From contig NC_083415.1 of the NCBI RefSeq assembly GCF_020745735.1, positions 21,469,731-21,533,730 of the forward strand: a DNA stretch of 64,000 nt. Reading direction: 5' to 3'. Positions 22,270 through 34,475 of this stretch are shown piece by piece. The notes below the pieces were generated by a model. It was not told where the DNA came from. It did no database searches and saw only the letters and a list, made by a program, of their open reading frames with translations. The first letter of the stretch is position 1; every line of letters begins with the position of its first letter. This DNA is from Hemiscyllium ocellatum. Its lineage: Eukaryota. The position numbers and the translations under genes were made by a program.

Positions 22270-24970
22270 TAGAATATAGAACACTACAGCATAGGAACAG
22301 GCCCTTCTGCCCACAATATCTGTGCACCATGACACCATTCCTAAGTAATCTCATCTACCTCCAGATAGTCTGCAAAGCTTTATTCCCTCCCTTTTCATAT
22401 GTCTGTTTAAATGTCTCTTAAACATTGCTATTATATCTGCTTCTACCATCTCCCCGGCAACATGTTCCAGACAGCAACAATCCTCTGCTCTCTCCCTAAT
22501 ATTTGATATTTCTACCCTGAGAAAAAGACTCAGAATATCCACCTTATCCATGCCTCTTATCATTTTTTATACTTCAATCAGATCACACAGTCCCTACTCC
22601 CCCGACGCTCCAGTTAAAAAAAAATTCAAGCTTGTCCAACCTCTCTTACAGGTGACATACCACAACAGACAACATTCTGATAAACCTCTTTTGCAGCATT
22701 TCCTACCTATAGTGTGGCGATCAGAACTGCATACAATACTCCACATAAGCCCAAAAGTAAAGTTTTGTAAAGCTACCGGAAGACTTGACAACTTTCATAC
22801 TCAATGCCGCATCCAATGAAGACAATCATGGCATATGCCCTAGTTACTACCTTAACCATTTATGTTGACTCTTTCAGGGAGCTATGGACTTGCACCCAAC
22901 GATCCATTTATATATCAATGCTCCTTCGGGTCCTGCCATTTACCTTTTACATTCCTCTTGCATTTTAAATCCCAAAATGCATCACCTTACGCTTGTCCGG
23001 ATTAAACTCTATCTGGCTTTTCTTTGCCCAACTTTCCAGCTGATCTATATCCTGCTACATTCTTTGACAACCTTGCTCATTAATCACAATTCAACTAATT
23101 TTTGTGTCATCTGAAAAATGACAAATCAGGCCAACAATATTTTTACCCAAATATATGTTACAAACAACAGAAGTCCCAGCACTGGTCCTTGCAGAACCCC
23201 ATACATCATAGATGTCTGGTCAAAAAAACAGCCTTCCTCAACTACCCTCTGTCTTCAATGACCAAGCCAATTTTGGATCCAACTTATTAACTCACCATGG
23301 ATTCCATGTGACTTAATCTTCTGGATTAGCCTACAATTTTAAGGACCTTATCAAATGGTTTAGTAAAGTCCGTTAGAGTATATCCACTGCAATCATCTTT
23401 GTCTCTTCCTCAAAAAACTCAAACAAATTTGTGAGACAAGACCTCTCACACACAAAGCCATGCTAGCTATCACAAATGAGTCCATTCTTTTCCAAATGCA
23501 AGTAAATCCTGTGCCTAAGAATCTTCTCCAATAATATTCCTACAACAGGTGTACTGGTCTATAATTTTCTGGATTAACCTTGTTATTTTTCTTAACAAAG
23601 GAGCAACATTGACTATTCTCTTATGGGACCTTACTTGTGGCTAAAAAAACAGAGATCTATGCTCAGATCCCAGAAATCTCCTCTCTAGCCTTCCTCAGTA
23701 CCCTGCGGTAGATCCCATCAGGCCCTGGGGATTTACCTTTCTTAATGTTTTTCAAGGAAGCCAACACCTCCTCCTTCTTCATATCAACATGCCGTGGACT
23801 ATCAACATACTCCTTCCTAATCTTACCATCATCCATGTCCTTCTCCTTAGTGAATACAAGCATAAAGCTCTCATTAAGGACATTACCCACTCCCTTTGGC
23901 TCTATAAATCAATTCATTATTTTATTCTTAAGTGGGCCTAACATTTCCCAAGTCACCTTCTTGTTCCTAACACACATATAAAATGCCTTAGGATTGTCCT
24001 TTATCCTACTTGCCGAGGATATTTCATGGCCCCATTTAACCCTACTAATTCCTTGTTGGAATTCTTTCTAGCTTCCTTAACATTCCTCAACGGCCATATG
24101 TATGCTTTCTTTTGTCTTTTTCATTAAACTTTCAAAATCTCTTGTCATCCAGTGTTCCTGAATTTTGTCATTCTTATTTTTCATCCTCATAGGAGCATAC
24201 TAGTCCTGAATTCTGATCAACACACCTTTAAAAAACTTCCTTATGTCATATGTTAATTTGTCCCTAATCTAATTTCTAGTTCCTGCCTAATACTAATCTT
24301 GCCTTTCCCAGTTTAGCAATTTCACCTGAGGATCAGTCTTACCTATAACAAACTTAAAACTTACGGAAATACAATCACTGTTCCCAAAATGTTACCCTCT
24401 GATTCTTTCATCATCTGGCTTATTCCCCAATATAGTCTAGTATGGCCCCTTCGCTAGTTGAACTATCGACATATTGTTTCAAGATGCTATCCTGAATGTA
24501 CCTAACAGATTGTGTCCCATCTAAGCCCTGGCACTAAGACAGTCCCAGTCAATATTGGGAAAGTTAAAATCACCAACTACACCATCTTTCCACGATCTGC
24601 CTTCATATTTGTTCCTCCCACTGGCCTTTGGGAGACTATAGTCTCCCATCATAGTGATTTCTTATTCTTGAGTTCTACCTATATAGCCTCACTGGATGAA
24701 CCTTCCAAGATGTCCTCTCTTAATATAACTGTGACATTCTCATTATAGTAAAGCAACTCCCCAACCCATTTTACATCCCTCTCCATCAAGCTTGAAACAT
24801 CTAAATCCCCTGGTATGTTGAGCTGCCAGTCCTGCCCTTCTCTCAGCCTTGAGAAGCTTTCTATAAGACTGTAACATCGAAGGCCCCATTAACTAATCTA
24901 GGCTTTAAGCTCATCTGTGTTACCTGTTATATTCATTGTATTAAAATAAATACATTTCAGACTGCTAGTC
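22270..24970 (-). pseudogene. CR1 LINE ORF2 (APE endonuclease plus RT), degenerate
   Basis: ORF pieces VLNESFMLVFTKE…KGKSPGPDGIYRRVLR and MIRGMDKVD…AMFKRHL; GDFNFPNIDW on the reverse strand at about 24545-24575; 3' tail at about 22270. Confidence 0.85.
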
Positions 24971-25884
24971 CCTTGATCATTAACCTGGTCCTGCCTATAC
25001 TTCCTATTTAACCTTTACTATTAACTCAGTCAGCAAAGCCTAACGCACATGTTAGGACCTGAAAGTTGGTGAAATATATCTGGGTAGAAGAAAAACCAGA
25101 AGAAACTCTGGTGGAGGTCTGCGGCAGTCCTGATATGCAAATTGGTGTAGGGGCAAAAGACTAATCAAAACATCTCATAGCTGATTCCCTCCAAAATTTC
25201 CCTCAGGATAACCAGTGCTCATTTACCAGCCACTGAGTTTAAACATATTAAAAACGGTGAAAAAGAGACTGGCAAGGATCAACCTAGTACCTGTGAGTGA
25301 AGAGGGAAGAACCCATTGCTGAATCCCCATTTGCTGAAGGATGTGGGAAATGTGTCATTGAGCTGACTTTTCTCTGGTGATACTGCAGGGCCCAAATTCT
25401 CCTTTCTCTTGTTGAAATCAATAATGCGAACATATTTGTTTGAATTAAACAATGAACTTATGACTAAAAGGCATCAAGAATCATTCATGTAATCTTAATA
25501 AAACAATGAATTTGATGGTCAATGTTGTCATTGAAATAATTCTGAATTATAATTAAAAAGGTTACCCAAGAGGCTTCAATGATCTATCAGTTTGCAAAAC
25601 TGATTTTAAAATGTAATTTAATTCCATACTTCTAAACTGTGGCTGCATGAGTCCCATGGGCTAAAATGACATTGGCAGTGCTCTAGCATCCATAAATATA
25701 ATCTATTTAGCCTACAATAACTTAAGGCAGAATAGGTCATGTAGCACTTGAGGCTGTCCTTTCTGCATTACAAACAGCCATGTATTGTTATTGAGAATGC
25801 TTATATAACTGTTCAAAACAAATGACTTCATTTCAGAATGCCATTACTTTCGACATTATTAGGAAATCCTGTACTTACGTACAT

Positions 25885-26480
25885 TTTATTCATTCATGGG
25901 AAATGGGCATCGCTGGCAAGGCAAAACCATTTTGCTCATCTGAAATTTAATTTGCTTAGGTTATAGTGATTTATGTTCTTGAAGTATTGCAATCTATGGG
26001 TGTAGGTAGACGGATAGTTTTGTTAGGAAGGGAGTTCAAGGATGTTGACCCACTGACAATGAATGAAGATTCTCTACTTGAAGTCAGAACAGTGCGTGGC
26101 TTGTAGGGGAAATTGAAGTGATGGAGTTACCAAGAATCAATTGCCCATGTCCTTTCAGACAGCTGAGGTTATGGATTTGGAAGATGCTGTGAATAAAACT
26201 TTGACAAGTGCCTCCTGTAGACACAGCTGCCCCAATTTGCTGGAGGTAGCGGGTTGGGGGGTGGGGGGTGCGAATGGAATGTTTGGTACAATGGATGGAG
26301 TGCAAGTTAAAATGGCTACAGTGTCCAGGTTGATTTTGAGCTTCTCAATTGCTGCTAGAACTGCATTCATTAAAGCATATGGAGAACGTTACATCACACC
26401 ACAACCTGTGTTTTGTTGGTGTGGAAAAGCTCTGGTTAGTCAAGATGTCAACTGGTCATCATAGAAGACCCAGTCTTGCA
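25885..26480 (-). mobile_element. LINE family 2 3' fragment with tail
   Basis: Begins ttttattcattcatggga…gggcatcgctggcaagg (reverse of the family-2 tail); homologous to 61700-62190. Confidence 0.75.
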
Positions 26481-26795
26481 CACAGGCTTGTCGAGAAAAC
26501 ACTTGATGTTATACTTCCCTGTCAGTGGGTTTGAAGATGGAGGCCCCACAATTTCCAGTAGGTGGTTTTCCTTCCGTCTACCTGTTTGAAATTTTATAGG
26601 TATATGAGGGGGGTTGGTGGACAGAGTGCCCATTCTTATGCCTAGTGAGACCATTAAAAGGACAATTAATGTGCTGGAGAACCATACAATAAGGCCTGGA
26701 GCTGAGATGACTGTCCTCCGTCAAGCATAAATATCTTGCTTTGTTTCTAGTAGAGAGTTTTGCACCTAGTTCCCATTGCCTTTAATTTTGCTAAG

Positions 26796-27831
26796 TGTTA
26801 TGATCATGAATTGTAACCCCAGATCCTCTATGGGCACACTGAAGTTTAACTCAGAAGACATATATCCCAAAGTTGACTGCAAATGAAAATTCAGTCACTG
26901 CCTGAAGAGACAAAGTCTAAAAATGTCACCCCTGATGAGGTGTCAAGGAGGTTTCAGAGAAAGCAACCTGAACTTATAGTCCCCTATGAATTTCTCAGAC
27001 TGTGAATATAATGGTAAACAAAGGCAGCAGGTTGGGTGAGAGACGGATTTGCATTTTCCCCCTTTCAATACTACACAGAAACAAGAGACAAAAACAAACT
27101 GATTTGTGTATTAAGGTTAGATGTGGATGAATATGCTGTGAGAACCACTGCTCTGAGAAACAGCCATTTAACTGTACTGAACAACATTCTGGGTTAGTCG
27201 CGCTGGAAGAGCACAGCAGTTCAGGCAGCATCCAAGGAGCAGTACTGAACAACAGGCAAAGAAAAGGTTAAAAAAAAAATTGATCTGAGTTGCTGCATTA
27301 GTCAGTCCCAAAGGCAATCAGAATATAGGAGTTTCAATCAACACAAAACTAAGACCTCTCAAAAATGGGCTGTTCAACAATCAATGTGAATACTACTGAT
27401 AACATCCACTGCAAAAGCAGAAACACTCAACTACCCACTCTCCACAAACAATTCAGAGACTGATCCATACATCTTTTCTAACCTTTATCATTTTGGATTG
27501 ACCTCTTATTCCTAATCTACATGTATAAGTGTCTTGTGAAAATGTGTCTTCTCACATTTAGTAACTAATTACCTCACTTTTTTTGCGAATTCAAAAGAAG
27601 TATGATTAAATTAGCTCCTTTTAAAACACGTTCAATTGTTTAATTTGGAGAAAGCTATCCACAAAGAAAAGGATCCTATTGTAATTAACCTTGTTGTGGC
27701 CTACTGAGGGAGTGAGTACATAACCAAGCGAAGCCAGTTAACTCCTCCTCACCCAAGAGCTTAATGGTTTGAGGTATGTCATCTGGAACTGTAGCACACT
27801 GAGAAAGGTCACCCAGAGACTGGTCATGGCA
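26796..27831 (+). mobile_element. Probable solo LTR (about 1.04 kb)
   Basis: TGttatgat…ggtcatggCA termini flanked by taag / tagg (4-bp TSD with 1 mismatch). Confidence 0.45.
27198..27243 (-). mobile_element. Short PLE terminal-repeat fragment
   Basis: gctggaagagcacagcagttcaggcagcatccaaggagcag is close to 42240-42281. Confidence 0.7.
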
Positions 27832-27964
27832 TAGGTCCTTGATGCTATATTTGTGTTGATATTAAAGGCTATCCCTCTTAGTAACCTCACCTAGAGAGTT
27901 CAGCTTTTGTTTTTCATGGTTGAACTAAAACATTGAACTGAAACTTTCCAAAGGAGGTGCACTA

Positions 27965-28075
27965 GACTGAATTCTGTTTTCTCTCCACAGATGATGCCAA
28001 ACCTGATGGCTTTTTTTGGCAATTTCAGTTTTTGTTTGTTTCAGATCTCAGAATCCACAATTCTTCATTTTATCA
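27965..28075 (+). mobile_element. Degenerate PLE terminal repeat (56140 family)
   Basis: tctgttttctctccacagatgatgccaaacctgatg…caatttcagtttttgtt…tttcagat. Confidence 0.5.
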
Positions 28076-28329
28076 CACAGGAAATGAAGGCAGGCTGCAG
28101 TTCATCCCCACAATGCAAACCAATGCTGGCATTGTGACTCTGGGAGTCCCTGATGGTTTTCTGCACACAGCTCACATTCACTGTAATGTCCTGTTGGCTG
28201 TGTAGTGCCTGAAACCTGTCACCCTCAAGGAGTGCTTCTTCCAACTCAATGTTGTCATCACTATCCTTAGAAGACTGCTCTCAGTTGCCCAGCTCCTCAG
28301 AATCCATCACATCATCTTAATTTCTCCTC

Positions 28330-28900
28330 CAATTGTGCGCACACAGTACACTGGGATAGTGACATACTGTCTGTCCAGACTACCTCAGAGGTAAACCTCT
28401 CCTCATCACCACACACCCTAGATCAGACAGCTCAAATAGTGGAACAACATCTTCAGTAGGCCTGAAATCTACTCCACCCCTACCCAGTTTGCAGCATGTG
28501 CACAAACTTGCTGAAGATGCTGCACCAACTGAATATCACATGAATAAGAATGGCTACTGCATTCTGCCTCATCTCCCACGATAAGGTATTTTTGCTCAGT
28601 ACTTGTCTCCATGTAAGTTATTGCCGCTGACTTCTGCATCACTGCCATGACAATGCGATCTTAACTAATACCAATGACATAGTGCAATCCATCTTAGACC
28701 TATGTTTGATGCATAAGCATGTTCCAGCTATATGCATTACAATATGTGTGAAGATATGATTCACATGATAGGTAACTGAAGTTTGCAATTGCATGCCTCA
28801 TGTATTTGCTCCTTCAACGTTCTAGCATCCAGCAGACCTGGATTCTGCATTTTTGTTTATCAAAGTGACTGCCCACCCTGGGCATTGTCCCAGTTATTTC
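28330..28900 (-). pseudogene. PIF/Harbinger DDE transposase relic
   Basis: Reverse translation gives LIVGDEA (like LLGDxxY), AHAANWVGVE*ISGLLKMLFHYL (like HxxTRxxIExTIGxLKxRFRCL) and a CCxLHN-like remnant, in the expected order. Confidence 0.5.
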
Positions 28901-29184
28901 CAGTTTTCCATTCTGTAAATGTATAATGCAAGTTATGGATGGGAGTGCAGCTCAGGATGAATACTGTCAGCATCGGGTCACACCTGGTTGCAATGTGGCA
29001 CACTCAAAAATGTCCTGATCCTTTTAGCTTGCATTACACTGATAGCCTATTTCCACCCATTCAGCCTTCCCTGTGGAGACCTACTGCATTGAGCTTCACC
29101 TCCAGCTGACCTCCCTACCCCTGACATTAAACTGCTCTTCTACTCTTCACTTGTAAAGTCCACAGTGGTAGTTCCTGCCAACAA

Positions 29185-32100
29185 TAACCATAAGACCATA
29201 TGACATAGGACAGAAATTAGGCCATTCAGCCCATCAAGTCTATTCTGCCATTCAATCATGGCTGATGAGTTTCTCAACCCCATTATCCTGCCTTCTCCCT
29301 GTAACACTTGATCCCCCTTATAATCAAGGACCTATCTATCACTATCTTAAATATACTCAATTACTGGCCTCCATAACCTTCTCTGGCAATGAATTCCATA
29401 GATTCATCCCTCTCTGGCTGAAGAAGTTTCTCCTTATCTCTGTTCTAAAAGGTCTTCCTTTTACTCTAAGGCTGTGCCCTCCGGTCCAAGTCACTCCTAC
29501 CACGGGAAACATCTTCCCAACATCCACTCTGTCCAGGCCATTCACTATTCTGTAAGTTTCAATTGGATCACCCCTCATCCTCCTAAACTCCATTGAGTGT
29601 AGACCCAGAGTTGAATATCAGCCCAGAGTCATCAAATGTTCTTCATATGTTAAGCTGTTCATTCCTGGGACCAATCTCATGAATTGAACACGCTCCAGGA
29701 CGAGTATATCCTTCCTGAGATATGGGGTCCAAAACTGCGTGCAATACTCCAAATGTGGCCTGACCAGAACCTTATAGAGCCTTGGAAGTACAATCCTGCT
29801 TTTATATTCAACTAGTCTCGAAATAAATGCCATCATTGAATTTGCCTTCCTAACTATTGACTCAACCTGCAAGTTTACCTTGAGAGAATCCTGGACTAGT
29901 GCCCTCAAGTCTCTTTGTACTTAAGACTTCTGAATTTTCTCCCCATTTAGAAAATAGTCCATGCCTCTATTCTTCCCACCAAGATGCATGACCTCACACT
30001 TTCCCATGTTGTACTCCATCTGCCACTTCTTTGCCCACCCTCCTAACCTGTCCTAATCCTTCTGCAGCCTCCCTGTCTCTTCAATGCTACCTGTCCCTCT
30101 ACCTATCTTTGTATCATCTGCAAACTTAGCCAGAATGCCCTCAGTTCCTTCATCTAGATCATTAAAGTATAAAGTGAAAAGTTATAGTCCCAACACCGAG
30201 CCATGCGGAACATGATTTGTCACTGGCTGCCATCCTGAGAAGGACCCTTTTAACCCCACTCTCTGCCCAACAGCCAAGCTTCTCTCCATGCTAGCACTTT
30301 GCCTCTGACACCATGGGCCCTTATCTTACTCAGCAGACTCCTGTGCAGCACGTTGTCAAAGGCCTTCTTGAAGTTCAGGTAGATAAAATCCATTGGCTCT
30401 CATTGGTCTAATCTGATCATTACTTTCTCAAAGAATTCTAGCAGATTTGTCAGGCATGACCTACCCTTGATGAAACCATGCTGACTCTGCCCAATTTTAC
30501 CATGCACTTCTAAATATTCAGAAATCTAATCCTTCACAATCGATCCCAGGATCTTACTTACAACCAAGGTTAAGCTAATTGGTCTGTAATTTTGTGTATT
30601 CTGCCTTATTCCTTTTTTAAACAGGGGCATCATGTTATCAATTTTCCAGTCCTTTGGAACCTTCCCTGATTCTGGTGATTCCAAGAAGGTTATCACGAAT
30701 GCCTCCCCTATCTCTTCAGCTATCTCCCTTAGAACTCTGGGACGCAGTCCATCTGGTCCAAGTAACTTATCCACCTTCTGGCCATTCAGTTTTTCTAGCA
30801 CCTTCTCCTTGGTGATGACCACCATACTCAGCTCTGCCTCCTCACTCTCTTGAATTTTTCAGAAATTGCTCATGTCTTCCGCTGTAAAGACTGATGCAAA
30901 GTAATTATTCAGTTCCTCAGCCATTTCCTTGTCGTCCACCACTATCTCACCAGCATCATGTTTCAGCAGCCCAATGTGCACTTTTGCCTGTCTTTTGTCC
31001 TTCATATACCTAAAGAACCTCTGTTGACCTTTGTAAGCTTCCCAATCCTGTGGTTTCTCACTGTTCTTCACCACATTATATGCTTTCTCTTTTGTTTTTA
31101 TGCTATCCCTGACTTCCCACATCAGCCATGGTTGCCTCATCCTCCCTGTACCATGCTTCTTTTTCCTCGGGATGAATCTCTGCTGTGTCTCCTGAACGTC
31201 TGCCATTGCTGTTCCACTGTCTTTCGTGCTAGGCTTCCACCTTAGTCAAATCTACCCAACTCCTCCCTCAAGCCTCTGTAATTCCCTTATTCAGCTGCAA
31301 TACCATTCCCTCTGATTCTATCTTCTCCCTTTCAAATTGCAGAGTAAATTCGATCATGTTATGATCACTGCTTCTTAAGGGTTCCTTCACCTTAACCCCC
31401 CTTATCAAGTCTGCCTCATTGCACAACACTGAATCCAGTATTGCCTGTTCCCTAATGGGCTCCACCATAAACTGCTCTAAAAAGCCATCTCATAGACATT
31501 CCACAAATTCCTTTTCCTGTAATCCACTGCCATCCTGATTTTCCCAGTCCACCTGCATATTGAAGTCTCCCATGATCACTGTGACTTTGCCTTTCCTCCA
31601 CATCTTTTCTATTTCCCGGTGTATCTTGTGCCCAGCTCCTGACTACAGTTTGGTGGCCTACACATGACTTCAACAATGGATGTTTTTCACCTTTGTGGTT
31701 CCTCAATTCTACCCACAGATTCTACACCATCTGACACTGCTTTGTTTCTTACTATTGATTTAATTTCATTTCTTACTAATACAGCAACCCCACTCCTGCC
31801 CACCTGCCCATGTTTTCAATAGGATGTATATCCTTGAATGTTCAGCTCCCAATCCTGATTCCCTTGCAGCTATGTCTCCGTGATTCCCACAACGTCATAC
31901 CTTCCAAATTTGATCGTGCCACAAGGTCATTTACCTTATTCCTTACACTGCATGCATTCAGATATAACATTATCAGTCCTGTACTAATCGTCCCTCTTCT
32001 TATTGTCATTTGTTTGTCCAGTGTACTTGAAGTTTAATTTCTAACCCTCTCCATATACTCTGTCATATTTGTATCTATGCTGGAGAATTTAATAACCTCC

Positions 32101-32890
32101 ACGAGTTTTGCACTCTTATCTCCTCTTGGAATTTGGATCTTCTAATTTCCCCTATAACCGAACATCCCCCTAGTTTAAAGCCCTATTTCCAGCCCCAGTC
32201 AAGCAATTCGCTAGGACTCTGGTCCAAGCATGGTTCAGATGAAGACCATTCCATCGGAACAGGTTGCTTCTTCCACAGTACCAGTCCTAATGTCCCATGA
32301 ATTCAAATCCATTTCTCTGTCACCAATCTTTGTGTCACACATTTACCTGCTTAATATTATTGACCCTATGCCAATCAGCTTGTGGCTCAGGTTGATCCTG
32401 AGATTATTACCTTTGCGGTTCTGCTTTTTAATTTCGCTCCTACCTGTTCATACTCCTTTGCAGAACCTCTGCCCTAGTTTTATAAATGATATGGAGGTGT
32501 CAGTGTTGGACTGGGGTGGACAAAGTTAAAAATCACTCAGCACCAGGTTATAGTCCAACAGGTTTATTTGGAAGCATTAGCTTTTGGAGCGCTGCTCCTG
32601 ATGAAGCTACCTGATAGATATCGTTAGTATCTACATGGACTCTGACCACTGGATCTTTACCCTCTCACTCTAAGTTCCTCTGCAGCCCAGATGAGATATC
32701 CTGAACCCAAGCACCAGGCAGGCAACACAACCTTCAGGACTCTCGATCCTGGTTACAGAGAATAGTGCCTATGTATCTAACTATATTATCCCCAATTACA
32801 ACAACATTTCTCTTCTCTCCCACCGCTTAAATAGCTCCTACACACAGTGCTGTGGTCAGTCAGCTCATTCTCCCTGCAATCCCTATTCCA
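29185..32890 (-). pseudogene. Near-complete CR1 LINE: ORF1 SGNH esterase, ORF2 APE and RT, 3' tail; fragmented
   Basis: ORF1 VIGDNIV, PVVRVHVDTND, NGLHLN; ORF2 MGDFN, SSDHNMIEF, GPDGLRPRVLRE, NYRPISLT, KFADDTK, LVRPHLEYCTQFW. Confidence 0.92.
32491..32615 (-). mobile_element. Solo PLE terminal repeat (18678 family) inside CR1 ORF1
   Basis: Near-copy of 18678-18790; reverse strand GGAGC-AGC-GCTCC-AAAA-GCTA; an opposite-strand CTGATGAAG follows directly. Confidence 0.85.
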
Positions 32891-34049
32891 GTCCTATACC
32901 TGCCTCATTCTCCATGATTTTCCACATACACTGCTCTCGCAATGGGGAGGCCTCTGTCACCTCCCTCATTCTCTACTCCACAAATGCCTCCGCAGCATTG
33001 ATCCATCATCCGTTTGGGAGTAATCTCTCTACTGGCTCAACAATCTCCTCCAACAATCAATGAAGGACCACCAGGACTGTATTTGCCCCAGATATCTGTC
33101 CACTTTTAACAAGATGCCCCCAGACATGACTGACCAGAACTCTGAACATTTCGTTTGCAGCTCCTCAACGATGAAATTGAATTACACTGACTGCTACTAC
33201 AGGATGGCTGTTGCTTCCTCCCATCCTGCAGTCAGACAGATCCCCTGAATATGAACACCTCAAATGAATGATTGACTGCAGTCAAATCCTTGGACTGAGT
33301 GTGGACTATGTCCCTGATGAATGAACGACTCTCTGAGAGATAGGTATCAATGTAGCAGGACTGGGAGCCTTTAGCTCTAGCTAAAGTGCCTATGTGCTAA
33401 CAGAAATGACACAGCATTGCAAAACATGGATGCTGTGAGCACGCAGGTAGGTGCTGAAGGAGGAAGTGTAAGAGAATAAGTAAGTAGCCCTCTAATGCAG
33501 CCTAATCCAATCAATGTGCTGGGTGTCACCCCTGCCCCAAGTGTCCTTACAGCAGTTTTCTGACCCTACTTACCAGTCCACCCTTCAGTTCAAGTCTGTG
33601 CTTCCTAAGCAGTCTGTCAGTGAGGTTCCGTGATGGTCATGAGGAATTGGCAAAGCTTGGATGCCAATGTCTGATGAGGGGTATGTGCATCTGCTGCCCA
33701 TGGATCTTGGCCCAGAGATTCAGTTTGATGAGAAGCAAAATGGAGACTCTGCTCAGCCAGTAATGAGCTGAATTTGCAAGATACTTGCTGTGACTTCCAT
33801 GTTGAGATTTCTTGGTGTTTGGTGTGTTTGGTATGGTAGGTTAATGAGGTGAGTTGTGTTGTTAATAAGGCATTTAACAAGTTACTTGGAGCTGTCTGGC
33901 TCAGCTGGTCGAGTGTTGAGTAGCTTATGTACTTTACCCAAGCACTCTTGTTGGTGAGGCAAAGGAACACAGAATTCAGTTTGTGATTTAACTCAATTTT
34001 ATAAATAAAATAGTCCTTACTAAAATCGTTTATGTATTAAAAGCATGTA

Positions 34050-34208
34050 TAGAGTCAAAGAGTCATAGAAATGTACAGCATGGAAACAGACCCTTCGGTC
34101 CAACCCATCCATGCCGACCAGATATCCCAACCCAATCTAATCCCACCTGCCAGCACCCGGTCCATATCCCTCCAAACCCTTCCTATTCATATACCCATCC
34201 AAATGCAT
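34050..34208 (-). mobile_element. CR1 3' tail
   Basis: Near-identical to 44980-45135. Confidence 0.9.
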
Positions 34209-34209
34209 T

Positions 34210-34475
34210 TCTCAGAACCATTCCCCTACCCTACTTTTTTTTTACCCCTGACTAATACACCTGACCTACACATCCCTGAAGACTATGGGCAATTTAGAAT
34301 GGCCAATTTACCTAACCTGTACATCTTTGGATTGTGGGAGGAAACCGGAACATCCAGAGGAAACCCACGTAGAAAATGTGTGAACTCCACACAGACAGTC
34401 GCCTGAGACTGAAATCGAACCCTAGTTCCTGGCGCTGTGAGGCAGCAGTGCTAACAACTGAACCACTTTGCCACT
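34210..34475 (-). mobile_element. HE1-type V-SINE
   Basis: V domain and tRNA head on the reverse strand. Confidence 0.85.
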
